Shown in pieces: positions 37,471 through 47,571 of a DNA stretch of 64,000 nucleotides (position 1 is its first letter; each line of letters opens with the position of its first letter). The translations under genes and the position numbers were made by a program. The notes under the pieces were generated by a model. That model was not told the origin of the DNA, searched no databases, and saw nothing but the letters and a program-made list of their open reading frames with translations. The stretch is from an uncultured Gemmataceae bacterium (GTDB lineage Bacteria; Planctomycetota; Planctomycetia; Gemmatales; Gemmataceae), in assembly GCA_963750165.1 (NCBI GenBank), contig CAVVPN010000003.1, positions 992,001 through 1,056,000 of the forward strand. Reading direction: 5' to 3'.

Positions 37471-39759
37471 TCAACCGCCGCCCTTCTTGCCGCCAGGGCC
37501 GTCCTTCTTGTCCGGCGGCGGGAACGACGCCGTTCGCACCTTGTACAGCCGGTCCGCCCACACGGTGTAGCGCTCGCGCCGCTCAAAAGCGTGTGTGCCG
37601 GGCACGGTGTCCGCGTTGCGGTCGTCGCGGCTGTTGCGCACGGTCAGTTTGCCGTCCGGGCCCAGCAGCATCATCTCCAGCGAGGAATTGGTCCCGAAGT
37701 CATCCAGCCGGCCCTTGTACTGCCGGACACCACGGCGGCCGCCCTCGAAGTCCACCACCACCGGCGCGAGGTCGTCCTCGTCCTCGTCGGCCTTGCGCTG
37801 CAGGAAATTGACCGGCACGCCGACCGGCACGATGTCGTAGCGCACCTTCTTGACCTTGGCCTTGGGGTCGATGTAGCCCGTGCCGATCTCGAAGCCGCCC
37901 CTGTCGCCGTTCAGGTTGGGGTTCCATACCGGCACCTCCACCTCGATCCCCCGCTTGTCGCGGCCGATCTTGTCGCCGCGCTGCACCAGCACCCGTTCCG
38001 CGATCACCCAGTCGGCGATGGTGTACGTCGTCCGCGGATCGACCGGATCCTGGGCCACGCCAACCCACTGGTGAATCTGCACCGGGGCCTTGTCGGAGGT
38101 GAACTCCTTGTAGTCCACCGAATTCCCCTCGCGGCGCAGGTACGTGGCCAGTTTCTTCGCATCCGTCTTGCCGATCTGATCGGGGTCCGTCTGGTCGAAG
38201 ACGTAGAACTGATACTCGCGCGGGATGGTGATCGGCGGCGTCTCGGTGAACCGATCCTTATCCACCAGCACCTTGCTGGCGGACACGTCCGGGTGGGTCA
38301 CCAATTCGTCCTGCTTGTAATTGGGATTGGCGAACACCACCTGAATCTTGTACTGGTAGGTCGCGCCGGGCTGCACGCCCACGTCAATGAAACGGATCAG
38401 CGCCCTGCCGTTCTCGGGGTATCCCTCATTGAACGCGTAACCATTGTTCGCGTCCTTATTGGCTCCGCCGGTCGCGCCCTGCGGCCTGCCGCTATCGCCA
38501 TACTTGCGCCGCTTGCCACCGGGCTGGAAAGCATTGCCCTTGTTTTTATTCTCGTCCTTGGTGGAGTCGGTGTCCTTGACCGGCTCCGGCGGCTCCTCAT
38601 AAACGCCATCCGGTGACACCACGTTCATGTTGCCGGTGAACTGGTCCTGCAACTTCTCAGGCAGATCCTTGAACTTCACCCGCTCCGTCGCCCGCTTGTC
38701 GCCCTGATCACCGCCGAGTTCGCCCGGCTGCTTCCGCTTGCCGAACTTGTTACCCACGCCGCTATCGCCCATCCCCTTGGGCCGGACGATCCCCCCCGGG
38801 CCTTCCTTGCGCCCGTCGCTCAGCGGTAGTGGCGTGATGCCGGCCAGCTTCGGCTCGGGGTAGTCGCCGGAGGTCAGCTCGAGCAGCGGCGTGGCCGCGT
38901 TGGGCGCCAGGTTCGCCTTCAACTGCGTGATGTTGTCCTCGTCGATCACCGCCTCTTCCAGGAAGTCCTTGATGTGCTTGGCGGCTTCCACGCGGTCCCG
39001 CTTTTCCCCCTCAACAAAGGTGTATAGCGGCTCCCAGGTCGCGTCCTTGGGCGACTGGCCGGGCAGCGTCACGGCGCGGAGCACGTTGATGCCGCGGAAC
39101 TGCGGTTGCAGGTTCTTGTCGAACAGGTCCTTCTCCGCGCCGATCCGCAGCGCCTTCTTGAAATTCTCGACCTGCAACTTGTACGGGAACGTCGCGGACA
39201 CAATGACCATGCGCGTCGGCCGCAGGCTGTACACCGGTGACACATTCTGCGACGCGCCGCCTTCGGGGCCCTTCTTGGGCTGCCCCTCGGGGCCCTTGTC
39301 GTCGCTCTTGTACACGGTCAACAGCTGCTTCTTGCGATCGACCTCGTAAACGCGGACGCCGCGAATCACGTAGTCCAGTTGCATGTTGCGCTTCTCGCCA
39401 GTGAACGGTTCGTTCACCGCCAGCAGGATCGGCTTCTCGCGCTTGTTGGTGGCGGTGCCGCTGTTGTCGAACCAGTGGGCGCTGACCCACTTGTCATAAC
39501 TCTTCAGCGGCGACACCCATTCGGGCTCCTTGGCCCGCACGGACGTGAGCGGCGGCGGCTCGGAACCTTCGATCTTCATCCGGATCGCCTCGGCGTCCTT
39601 GGCGATGGTCGGCGCCGGCGACCGGGAACTGAGCACGGCCATCACGGCCATGCCGAAGAACAGCACGAGCAGCAGGGCGGCCACACCCAGGCCGACCACC
39701 TCGCCCTTGGAGAAGAGCAACTCTTTGAGCTGTTTGGAGTCCAGTTTGAACTTGGCCAT
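37471..39759 (-). CDS. Membrane-anchored hypothetical protein, third gene of the pilM operon
   Basis: N-terminal TM, FN3-like segment IRFIDVGVQPGATYQYKIQV, strong codon bias. Confidence 0.8.
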   Translation of the reverse strand: MAKFKLDSKQLKELLFSKGEVVGLGVAALLLVLFFGMAVMAVLSSRSPAPTIAKDAEAIRMKIEGSEPPPLTSVRAKEPEWVSPLKSYDKWVSAHWFDNSGTATNKREKPILLAVNEPFTGEKRNMQLDYVIRGVRVYEVDRKKQLLTVYKSDDKGPEGQPKKGPEGGASQNVSPVYSLRPTRMVIVSATFPYKLQVENFKKALRIGAEKDLFDKNLQPQFRGINVLRAVTLPGQSPKDATWEPLYTFVEGEKRDRVEAAKHIKDFLEEAVIDEDNITQLKANLAPNAATPLLELTSGDYPEPKLAGITPLPLSDGRKEGPGGIVRPKGMGDSGVGNKFGKRKQPGELGGDQGDKRATERVKFKDLPEKLQDQFTGNMNVVSPDGVYEEPPEPVKDTDSTKDENKNKGNAFQPGGKRRKYGDSGRPQGATGGANKDANNGYAFNEGYPENGRALIRFIDVGVQPGATYQYKIQVVFANPNYKQDELVTHPDVSASKVLVDKDRFTETPPITIPREYQFYVFDQTDPDQIGKTDAKKLATYLRREGNSVDYKEFTSDKAPVQIHQWVGVAQDPVDPRTTYTIADWVIAERVLVQRGDKIGRDKRGIEVEVPVWNPNLNGDRGGFEIGTGYIDPKAKVKKVRYDIVPVGVPVNFLQRKADEDEDDLAPVVVDFEGGRRGVRQYKGRLDDFGTNSSLEMMLLGPDGKLTVRNSRDDRNADTVPGTHAFERRERYTVWADRLYKVRTASFPPPDKKDGPGGKKGGG

Positions 39760-39788
39760 CGTCGGGTTCCTTGGTTGGGCAGCCTTGA

Positions 39789-39820
39789 CCGTGGGGCAGA
39801 CATTCCTGTCTGCCCCACGG
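39789..39820. repeat. REP palindrome family C (GTGGGGCAGACATTCCTGTCTGCC)
   Basis: 14-bp perfect stem; doublet copy at 52751-52817. Confidence 0.85.
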
Positions 39821-39850
39821 GATCGTGTTTTGGGGTTGAATTCGCCAGCC

Positions 39851-41890
39851 TCACGAGCCCGAAGTGGTCACCCGCGGCGGGTAGCGTTCGTAAAGGGTGA
39901 TGACGCCGTAGATCACCAGTTCGACATTGGTCTCGTCCTGGTTGCCGCCAGCCTGCTCGTCCTCGGCCTGCCGACCGGGGGGGCGGATGCCGGGAGGGGC
40001 TTCGCCGGCCATGTCCTCAGCCTTTTTGGGCGGCCGCATGGACTCGGGACAGCGGTTCATGACGACCTGGGTGGTCAGGAAGCGGAACTTGCAGTCCGCC
40101 AGCGCCGCCTGAATGCGGTACGCCTGCTCCTGGTCCGCGATGACCACCACGGCCACCGGCAAGCGCCGCGACTGCGGGGTCACGCCCAGGTAGCGTTTCA
40201 GGATCATGCCGTTCTCGGTCGTCTCGAAGAGGTCCGCGCCCGGGCCTCCCACCCGGGCTGGCCCTTTACCGCCCGGCCCCGGCTTCTCCCCCATGGGGTC
40301 CGCCGCCTTCGTGGCCTCCTCCTGCTTCTTGTCCACGAAGGCGGGGAAGATCACCAGCGGTTTGTTGGCGGCCCGGTGCGACTGCGCCAGCGGCGTGCCG
40401 AGGTGCAGCGCGTCAATGCGCTTGACCGCGGCCGTCTCCCAGTTGAGCACCTGTTTAACAGCGATCACCTTCTTGGGGTTGGTCACCTTCTCGTCGCTCA
40501 GATCGAGTTCCTGGGAGTAGGTGTCCTTGTGCTTCTTCTGACCGCCCACCTCCTCGATGATGCCGCGAGCGCCCAGCGGCGGCGACTTCAGCGCCGGCAG
40601 TTTCACGAACTTGCTCTTGGCCGAGTCGAACTGCACCTTGAGGAGCACCGGCAGTTTCTGGCGGCGGTCGAGCAGGTTCTTGATGGTGACGTGGACTTTG
40701 CCCTCGCTCAGCAGCTTGATTTCGAGCCGCCAGTACGGGTTCTCGAAGACCTGGGCCTGAGGGTCGTCCTTGCTCCGGCCCCTGTCGTGGAAGGCGGCTA
40801 CCTGGTCGTTGACGTGTTTGAGTTGACGGTAGATCGCGCTCGTCACCCACAGGTTCTCCTGGTAGGTCCAGGCATCCTTGGAGCTGTTGTAGACCTTGTT
40901 CTGGGACAGCTGCTTCCACTCCCTGGGCACATACGGGAAGAACCCGAAGGGGCCGCGGTTGTCGGCGACGGCGGCGCCGCCCACCTCCCCCGGGCGCCCA
41001 CGCATGCCGGGTTGCGGCATGGGGTTGCCGGGAACGGTGGCGTTATCCTGGTTGAAGAACAGTTCCGCGGGCTTCTTGCTGTAGACCCAGTTCTTGAACT
41101 GCACGAGCGGCTCGCCCAGTTCGTTCAGCGGATCAACCAGGTTCAGGATGTCCGGTACCTGCATCTGGAAGGCCGGCAACTTGTCCTGATCGAGGTTCAA
41201 CTTCGTGGCGAAGGTGTCGCGTTCTTTCTGGGTCAGGTCGTCGCCGAAGGACCGGCCGCGCTCGAAGAGGATGACCACCTTGTGGTCCTTGAAGAGCGAC
41301 AGTTCGGCGAAGAGCTTCTTGTCCGCGTCCTTGCCGCTCACGGTGATGGTGGCGGGCTTCTCGGTGCCTGGGTTGAGGAACATCCGTGGCTGCTTGTCGC
41401 CGGTGCCCAGGCCGCGGACCTTCACCCAGTTCTCGTCATAGTTCATCGCTTCCGCAGTCAGCACGCCGTGAAACACACCGGTGTAACTGCCGTCGTCCTT
41501 GGTGGCGGCCGGCGTCAGGGCCTCCGCCTTGGTTTCCGGCGGGAAGATGGTGATGAGCTTGACGTAATAGCCTTCGCGGAACTTGTCGTCGAGCGGCCCC
41601 GGCCAGGTGAACAGCCGCTCCTGGTCCTTCCAGGCGACCTCCCAGACGCTCTTTTCCAGCTTCTTGACTTCCTTCAACTCCTTCTCGGCCTGCTTGACCC
41701 ATTTCGGGTTCTTGAACCGGTCGAACTTTTTCAAATCCTTGTGGGCTGTCTCGACCTTCTTCTTCAGGGCGGCGGTTCCGACCGGCGCAACGAACATCAG
41801 GAAGACGACGGTGACCAGCGTCAAGGGCACCGCCACGGACAGCAGCACCCAGAAGCGGTGTTTCATCAGGAACTCTTTATCCATCTTCAT
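39851..41890 (-). CDS. Membrane-anchored hypothetical protein, second gene of the pilM operon (PilO-like position)
   Basis: N-terminal KHRFWVL + TM, coiled segment, C-terminal VELVIYGVITLY strand. Confidence 0.78.
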   Translation of the reverse strand: MKMDKEFLMKHRFWVLLSVAVPLTLVTVVFLMFVAPVGTAALKKKVETAHKDLKKFDRFKNPKWVKQAEKELKEVKKLEKSVWEVAWKDQERLFTWPGPLDDKFREGYYVKLITIFPPETKAEALTPAATKDDGSYTGVFHGVLTAEAMNYDENWVKVRGLGTGDKQPRMFLNPGTEKPATITVSGKDADKKLFAELSLFKDHKVVILFERGRSFGDDLTQKERDTFATKLNLDQDKLPAFQMQVPDILNLVDPLNELGEPLVQFKNWVYSKKPAELFFNQDNATVPGNPMPQPGMRGRPGEVGGAAVADNRGPFGFFPYVPREWKQLSQNKVYNSSKDAWTYQENLWVTSAIYRQLKHVNDQVAAFHDRGRSKDDPQAQVFENPYWRLEIKLLSEGKVHVTIKNLLDRRQKLPVLLKVQFDSAKSKFVKLPALKSPPLGARGIIEEVGGQKKHKDTYSQELDLSDEKVTNPKKVIAVKQVLNWETAAVKRIDALHLGTPLAQSHRAANKPLVIFPAFVDKKQEEATKAADPMGEKPGPGGKGPARVGGPGADLFETTENGMILKRYLGVTPQSRRLPVAVVVIADQEQAYRIQAALADCKFRFLTTQVVMNRCPESMRPPKKAEDMAGEAPPGIRPPGRQAEDEQAGGNQDETNVELVIYGVITLYERYPPRVTTSGS

Positions 41891-41956
41891 GGCAATGGCC
41901 CTTGGTGCTCAAGAACTCGGGACGGACACGCGGGGGGAACGCTGACCGGCCGGCGA

Positions 41957-44434
41957 CTACTGTTTCTGTTCGTTGGCGGCGGTGGCTTCCGGCGTCAGCG
42001 GTTCCAGCCAGACGAAGAAGATCACGAACTCGGTGCGCGGTGCCCGGTCGATATTTTTCTTGGCCGTGTCTTCCTCCTTCTTGCCGTCCTTGAGTCCGCC
42101 GTCCCTGGGGGCGGGCGGTTGCTGCTTGCCAACCCCGCCGGGGCCGCGCTCAGGGTTGTTGCCCTGGACGACGTTCGTGACCTCGGTGGCCACCTTGCCG
42201 CTGACCCGCCAGGCGTCGCGGCTGGTGTCCTTCTGCTCCGCCGGCTTGGTGTCCTCGCCGCCCGGGCCTTTCTTCGAGATGGCCGCCGGGCCCTCCTTGC
42301 CGACCCCGCCGGTCAGCTTCAGGGCCTCGCGGAGGTAGCTGGCCTGGATCACCTTGAACTCGCCCGGCTGCGGATTGCTGTCGGTTCGGGCGTAGTACAG
42401 GAAGGCGTAGCACACGCGGTCGCCGACCTGGGTACAGATCGGGTTGGTGTACTTCTTCTTGAACGTTTGCAATTCCTTTTCGTCCGTGATGTTCTTCGAC
42501 TTCTTGACGGAGTAGGTGCCGGGGTCGAGGCCGGCGGGGTTGGCCAGGTTCTCCACCAGCGTCTTGATGACGAAGTCTTCGCCACTGCGGTGGTAGGTGT
42601 AGCCGCGGACTTCCACCAGCCAGCCGGCCTCCTTGAGCTTCTCGACATCCCCCGTCAGGCGGTCGGCGTCTTCCTTGCTCATGCCCTTGCTGATGAGGTA
42701 GGGGGCCTTGTAATCCTTCTCCTTCAGGAAGGCGGCGAAGTCCTTGAGGTCATCGACCCACAACGACATGACGCCCTCAATGTTGAGGGTAATCAGGTCC
42801 TTCTTGATCTGCTCGTACTCCCTGTCGTCCTCCGCCTTGGGCGTGCGCTCCTGGGACAGCAGGAGGAGGCGTTTCTTCAGCAGCCGCCGGGCTTTTTCGG
42901 CCTCGACGCCGTTGAAGGCGCTGCGCACCAGACTGCCGTTGCGGGTGCGCTCCTGCAAGTGCTTGCCGTCCGGCCGCGGCACGGCGTCGTTGATGTACTT
43001 GTAGAGCAGGTTCCAGTTGAAGCGCTCGTTGACGCCGGCGGCGACGCGCAGGACCGTTTCGTGCGTCGCTTTGGTCTGGCCCTCCAGGCTGGCGACGGCG
43101 CTGTCCGCGTCCACGCCGACCTTGGTGATTTCCTTGCCCTTGTCGAGGGCCTTCTTGATGTCGGGGTCGGACCAGGCCTTGTACTCGAAGGCGCGGGCAA
43201 CGCCGAGGAAGGCGCACGCCGCCAGCAGCACCGCCGCGGCCGCCACCGCCCAGGGTTTCTTGGCGCGCACCATGCGCTCGAAGCGAATCTCCGGCGGCAG
43301 CAAGTTCGTCTGCAATCGCGTCATCGCCAGCCCTTGCAGGGCCAGGCCCTCGGCGACGGCGAAGCTCAAAATGTTCTCGGTGAACTGCGGCGCCGCCGTG
43401 ACGCTGTCGCCCTCCAGGCGCTGGATTTTCGTCAGCTTGCGCACGTCCATTTGCAGCTTTTCTTGCAGGAACTTTTGCAGGCCCGGCAGGCGGAAGGCGT
43501 TGCCCAGGCCGACCATGTACTTGATGTGAGCGTCGCGGTGCGTGTTGGTGAAGTAGCCCAGCGAACGCTGCACCTCGCTGACGAAGTCGTTGAGCACCGG
43601 CCGCAGGGCGCCGAGGATTTTCTTGAGGTCGGGCGACTTCATGGCGTTGCGCTTGAGGTGCTCGGCCTTGGCGAAGGTGAGCTTGAGGTCCTTGGTCAGG
43701 GCGCGGGTGAAGTGGTTGCCGCCGATGGGGATCGGCCGCTGCCAGATGATGCGTTCGCCGTCGGTGATGACCAGGTTGCTGTTATCGGTGCCGATGTCCA
43801 GGGCGACGACGCACTTCTTCTTGCCGGCGGCATCGTCCTCGCTCTCGTCCTCTTCCTCCGCGGCGGCGCCGGTGCCGACGCCCTTGCCGAGCAGGTCGTG
43901 GGCGACGAAGTTGCACAGCGCCAGCGGCGCCATCTGCACGACATGGACCTCGACGTTGACATCCTTGAAGTGTTGCAGATAGCGGTTGACCATGTCGCGT
44001 TTCATGGCGAACAGGCCGATTTCGGTCTCCAGGGCGTAGCCATCGGTGACGCCGCCGGAGCCGAGCTTCTGGTAGTCCCAGACGACCTCGTCGAGCGGGA
44101 AGGGAATCTGCTGCTTGGCCTCGAATTTGACGATGTCGCCGATCTTCTTTTCCTCGACCGGCGGCAGTTTGACGAAGCGCGCCAGACCGCTCTGGCCGGG
44201 GACGCTGATGCACACGGTATCGCCGCGCAGGATGTTGCGCGACAGGAACTTGTTGAGGGCCTCACGGGTCAGTTCGTCGGGGTCGGCGTCGGGCTGGCTG
44301 AGAATCTTGGGGTACTCGATATAATCGAAGGCGGTGGCGGTGACCTCGCCGTCGATCAGTTCGACGCGGAGGGCCTTGAGGGCACACTGGCCCAGGTCGA
44401 TGCCCCAGACGCCGGGGTTGCTTTTTTGCGCCAT
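41957..44434 (-). CDS. pilM: Type IV pilus assembly protein PilM with fused PilN-like C-terminal extension
   Basis: WGIDLGQCALKA actin-like start, VKFEAKQQIPFPL, LDIG, IPIGGNHFTRAL, EVQRSLGY, then TNLLP + TM. Confidence 0.88.
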   Translation of the reverse strand: MAQKSNPGVWGIDLGQCALKALRVELIDGEVTATAFDYIEYPKILSQPDADPDELTREALNKFLSRNILRGDTVCISVPGQSGLARFVKLPPVEEKKIGDIVKFEAKQQIPFPLDEVVWDYQKLGSGGVTDGYALETEIGLFAMKRDMVNRYLQHFKDVNVEVHVVQMAPLALCNFVAHDLLGKGVGTGAAAEEEDESEDDAAGKKKCVVALDIGTDNSNLVITDGERIIWQRPIPIGGNHFTRALTKDLKLTFAKAEHLKRNAMKSPDLKKILGALRPVLNDFVSEVQRSLGYFTNTHRDAHIKYMVGLGNAFRLPGLQKFLQEKLQMDVRKLTKIQRLEGDSVTAAPQFTENILSFAVAEGLALQGLAMTRLQTNLLPPEIRFERMVRAKKPWAVAAAAVLLAACAFLGVARAFEYKAWSDPDIKKALDKGKEITKVGVDADSAVASLEGQTKATHETVLRVAAGVNERFNWNLLYKYINDAVPRPDGKHLQERTRNGSLVRSAFNGVEAEKARRLLKKRLLLLSQERTPKAEDDREYEQIKKDLITLNIEGVMSLWVDDLKDFAAFLKEKDYKAPYLISKGMSKEDADRLTGDVEKLKEAGWLVEVRGYTYHRSGEDFVIKTLVENLANPAGLDPGTYSVKKSKNITDEKELQTFKKKYTNPICTQVGDRVCYAFLYYARTDSNPQPGEFKVIQASYLREALKLTGGVGKEGPAAISKKGPGGEDTKPAEQKDTSRDAWRVSGKVATEVTNVVQGNNPERGPGGVGKQQPPAPRDGGLKDGKKEEDTAKKNIDRAPRTEFVIFFVWLEPLTPEATAANEQKQ

Positions 44435-44645
44435 GTTTGCACCGTCTCCCGAAAGGGGCTGTCGCGAAAACCGCCGGCATCGCAAGAGCTTGCGTCAGGT
44501 TCCCGGCGGCGTGAACTTCCATCCACAAACGTATTCCGTCAAGGTAACATGTTACAAACGGCCCTGTCAACCGGCCGCCTATCCACTGGGTTACCTTAAA
44601 CTAGAGGGCGGCGGTTGGGAAACGGTTTCAAAAAAATCGGGGAGG

Positions 44646-44844
44646 AGTCATTAGTCATTAGTCATCAGTCATTAGGAGGCGCCGAACAACAACTTCGTAG
44701 GACGGCTCTCCAGAGCCGTCCCGACGGCTCTGGAGAGCCGTCCTACTCTTGGAAGTTGTTGTTCGGCGCCTCCTTAGTGACCTGGGTTCTGGCCCGACGC
44801 TTCGACCCTGGTTGCTAATGACTGATGGCTAATGACTAATGACT
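44646..44844. repeat. Three-layer nested palindrome (heptamer arms, middle arms, family A REP doublet)
   Basis: 44646-44675 vs 44815-44844 (1 mismatch); GAGGCGCCGAACAACAACTTC vs its reverse complement; REP doublet at 44697-44746. Confidence 0.92.
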
Positions 44845-44851
44845 GCATTGA

Positions 44852-46549
44852 ATGCTTCGCGAACTGTCCGTGCAGAACCTGGCCCTGATCGAGGACGTGC
44901 GCGTCGAGTTGCAGCCGGGCTTCTGCGCCTGGACCGGCGAGACCGGCGCCGGCAAGACGCTGTTGCTGACGGCGCTGGGTCTGCTCCTGGGCGAACGCGG
45001 CTCCAGCGAGCTGATCCGCAGCGGCGCCGATGAGCTACGCATCGTCGGCAGTTTTGAGCTGATGCGGCCGGAGTTGCGCCGGGAGGTCGAAACGCTGCTC
45101 AACACGACGCTGGAGGACGAGCAATTAATCGTTCTGCGCCGCCTGAACCGTGCCGGCCGCAGTTTCGCCTACGTCAACGACCAGCCCGTGGCGGTGGCGA
45201 CGCTGCGGCAACTGGGCAACGTGCTGGTGGACGTGCACGGTCAGCGGGAGAGCCTGTCGCTGCTGCTGCCCGCCTACCAGACGCACCTGCTCGACGCCTT
45301 CGGCCACCTGGAGAAGCCGCGGCAGACGTACATCGACCTGGCCGAGCGTGTCCGCCAACTGCGGCGGCGGCTGAAGGAGTTGACCGAGCACCGCCAGCTG
45401 CGGCAGCGCGAACTGGCCCTGCTGCGCTTCGAGCGCGACGAGCTGGACGCGGCCAACCTGGTGGCGGGCGAACTGGCGGAGTTGCTGAAGGAGCGTGAAC
45501 GGCTGGCGCACGCCTTTGCGATGCAGACCTTCGCGGAGACCGGTTGTGCCCGGTTGTACGACGAGGAGGGCTCGGTGTTCGAGCACGTCGGCAAGCTGGG
45601 CCGTGAGGCGGAGACGTGGAGCAAGCTGGACGGCACGTTGGAAGAGGTGGTGCGGCGGCTGAAGGCGCTCACGGCGGAGGTACAGGACGTGGCCGAGACG
45701 TTGCGGTCGCTGGCGCAGCGCTGGCAGGCGGACCCGGGGCGTCGCGAGGAGATCGAGGAACGCGTGCAACTGCTGCGGCGGCTGGAGACGAAGTACGGCA
45801 AGTCCGCCGATGAGCTGATCGCCTACCGCGCCACGCTGGACGCACAGGAAAAGCAGCTGGCACAGCAGGAGGAGGACCGCGAATCGGTGGAGACGGAATT
45901 GACGGCGGCGTTCGGCCAGTTGCGGCAGGCGGGGGCGGAGCTGAGCCGGCAGCGGCAGAAAGTTGCGAAGGGGCTGGCGGCGGCGGTGCAAAAGCACCTG
46001 GCGGACCTGGGCATGCCGGATGCGCAACTGGACGCGGCGCTGGAGCCGCAGCCGCTCGGCGACCATCCCATGACGGGAGACGTGCCGGCCAACGGGCTGG
46101 AGCAGCTGGAGCTGATGCTGGCGGCCAACAAGGGCGAGCCGGGCCGGCCGCTGCGCAAGATCGCCAGCGGCGGCGAGTTGTCGCGGACCATGCTGGCGCT
46201 GAAGACAGTGCTGGCGGCGCACGATCAGGTGGCCACGCTGGTGTTCGACGAGATCGACGCCAACGTCGGCGGCCGGCTGGGCGACGTGCTCGGCGAAAAG
46301 CTGGCGGCCCTGGGTCGGTCGCACCAGGTCATTTGCGTGACGCACCTGCCGCAGGTCGCCAGCTACGCCCGGCATCAGTGGACCATCCGCAAGGCGAAGC
46401 GCGGCAAGCGCACCGCGACGACGATCACGCTGCTGGCGGACCACGACCGGCTGGACGAGCTGGCAACCATGCTGCGCGGCGAGGCCCGCGGCGAGACGAC
46501 GCTGCAGGAGGCGGCGGCGATGCTGGAGGCGGCCCGCAAACGCTGGTGA
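44852..46549 (+). CDS. recN: DNA repair protein RecN
   Basis: TGETGAGKT Walker A, VDVHGQ, coiled coil, ASGGELSR, VFDEIDANVGG, QVICVTHLPQVA. Confidence 0.96.
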   Translation: MLRELSVQNLALIEDVRVELQPGFCAWTGETGAGKTLLLTALGLLLGERGSSELIRSGADELRIVGSFELMRPELRREVETLLNTTLEDEQLIVLRRLNRAGRSFAYVNDQPVAVATLRQLGNVLVDVHGQRESLSLLLPAYQTHLLDAFGHLEKPRQTYIDLAERVRQLRRRLKELTEHRQLRQRELALLRFERDELDAANLVAGELAELLKERERLAHAFAMQTFAETGCARLYDEEGSVFEHVGKLGREAETWSKLDGTLEEVVRRLKALTAEVQDVAETLRSLAQRWQADPGRREEIEERVQLLRRLETKYGKSADELIAYRATLDAQEKQLAQQEEDRESVETELTAAFGQLRQAGAELSRQRQKVAKGLAAAVQKHLADLGMPDAQLDAALEPQPLGDHPMTGDVPANGLEQLELMLAANKGEPGRPLRKIASGGELSRTMLALKTVLAAHDQVATLVFDEIDANVGGRLGDVLGEKLAALGRSHQVICVTHLPQVASYARHQWTIRKAKRGKRTATTITLLADHDRLDELATMLRGEARGETTLQEAAAMLEAARKRW

Positions 46550-46601
46550 CGCGGGCCTGTCGCTCTTGACCACTCGCTGCGGATGTGCTTTGCTCATTAA
46601 C

Positions 46602-47534
46602 ATGGGTGTTGAACCGCCTTGCCAGCCCACCGCGCCGCTGCCCTACCTGTGGATGCTGCTGAGCAACCTCCTTTTCGCCGGCATGGGAGCGTGCGCGCAC
46701 GCCCTCGGCCAGCGTCAGGTGGACTGGCAACTGGTGGTCGTCTGCCGGGCCGGACTGGTGCTGCTGTTCGCGTTTGGCCTGGCTCTGGGCGCGCGTGCGC
46801 CGCTGGTGCTGTGGCGGCCCGGCATCCTCTGGATGCGCTCGCTGGCCGGCAGCAGCAGCATGGTCTGCACCTTCTACGCCCTGACGCACCTGCCGCTGTC
46901 TGACGTGCTGACGCTCACCAACATGTTTCCGCTGTGGGTGGCGCTGTTGTCGTGGGGGGCGTTCGGCGAGCGGCCGGAGGCGAGGTTCTGGCTCGCGGTG
47001 CTCAGCGGTTTGGCCGGCGTGGCCCTGATCCAGCAGCCGCACCTTATGGAGGGCAATTTCGCCGTCCTCGCCGCCCTGGGTGCGTCGCTGTTCACGTCAG
47101 TGGCCATGCTCGGTCTGAACCGCCTGGGCGACCTCGATGCCCGGGCCATCGTCGTCCACTTCTCCGGCGTGGCGCTGGTGTTCTGCCTGGCCGCGTACTT
47201 CGTGTTCCCGCGCCGCTCCGACGTCGGAGAGTTGCCGGAGGGGCCGGAACTGCTGCTGCTGCTGGGCATCGGCGTCACGGCGACGATTGGGCAGATTTGT
47301 CTGACCAAGGCGTTCGTCAGCGGCCTGGCCACCAAAGTAGCGGTGGTGGGTCTGTCGCAGGTGGTGTTCGCGCTGCTGCTGGACGTGCTGCTGTTCCGCC
47401 AGCCAGTGCGGCCGCTGTCGCTGCTGGGCATGGCCCTGGTGCTGGCGCCGACCGCGTGGGTGATGCTCTCCGGCCGCGGCGAACCTGCCATGGAGACAAT
47501 CGTCTCGCCGCCGCCTATAAATGACGGTGAATGA
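46602..47534 (+). CDS. DMT/EamA family transporter
   Basis: About 10 TM helices; FYALTHLPLSD.LTL....PLWV, GLAGVALIQQP. Confidence 0.88.
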   Translation: MGVEPPCQPTAPLPYLWMLLSNLLFAGMGACAHALGQRQVDWQLVVVCRAGLVLLFAFGLALGARAPLVLWRPGILWMRSLAGSSSMVCTFYALTHLPLSDVLTLTNMFPLWVALLSWGAFGERPEARFWLAVLSGLAGVALIQQPHLMEGNFAVLAALGASLFTSVAMLGLNRLGDLDARAIVVHFSGVALVFCLAAYFVFPRRSDVGELPEGPELLLLLGIGVTATIGQICLTKAFVSGLATKVAVVGLSQVVFALLLDVLLFRQPVRPLSLLGMALVLAPTAWVMLSGRGEPAMETIVSPPPINDGE

Positions 47535-47571
47535 GTGTCTGTTTCGCAGCTTCCCGAGGGTGCAGCCGCCG

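Noticed and set aside
39530..44599. 1689-aa ORF on the plus strand
   Set aside because: Antisense shadow of the pilM operon. Such open frames are common opposite strongly GC3-biased genes, and it has no recognisable motifs.
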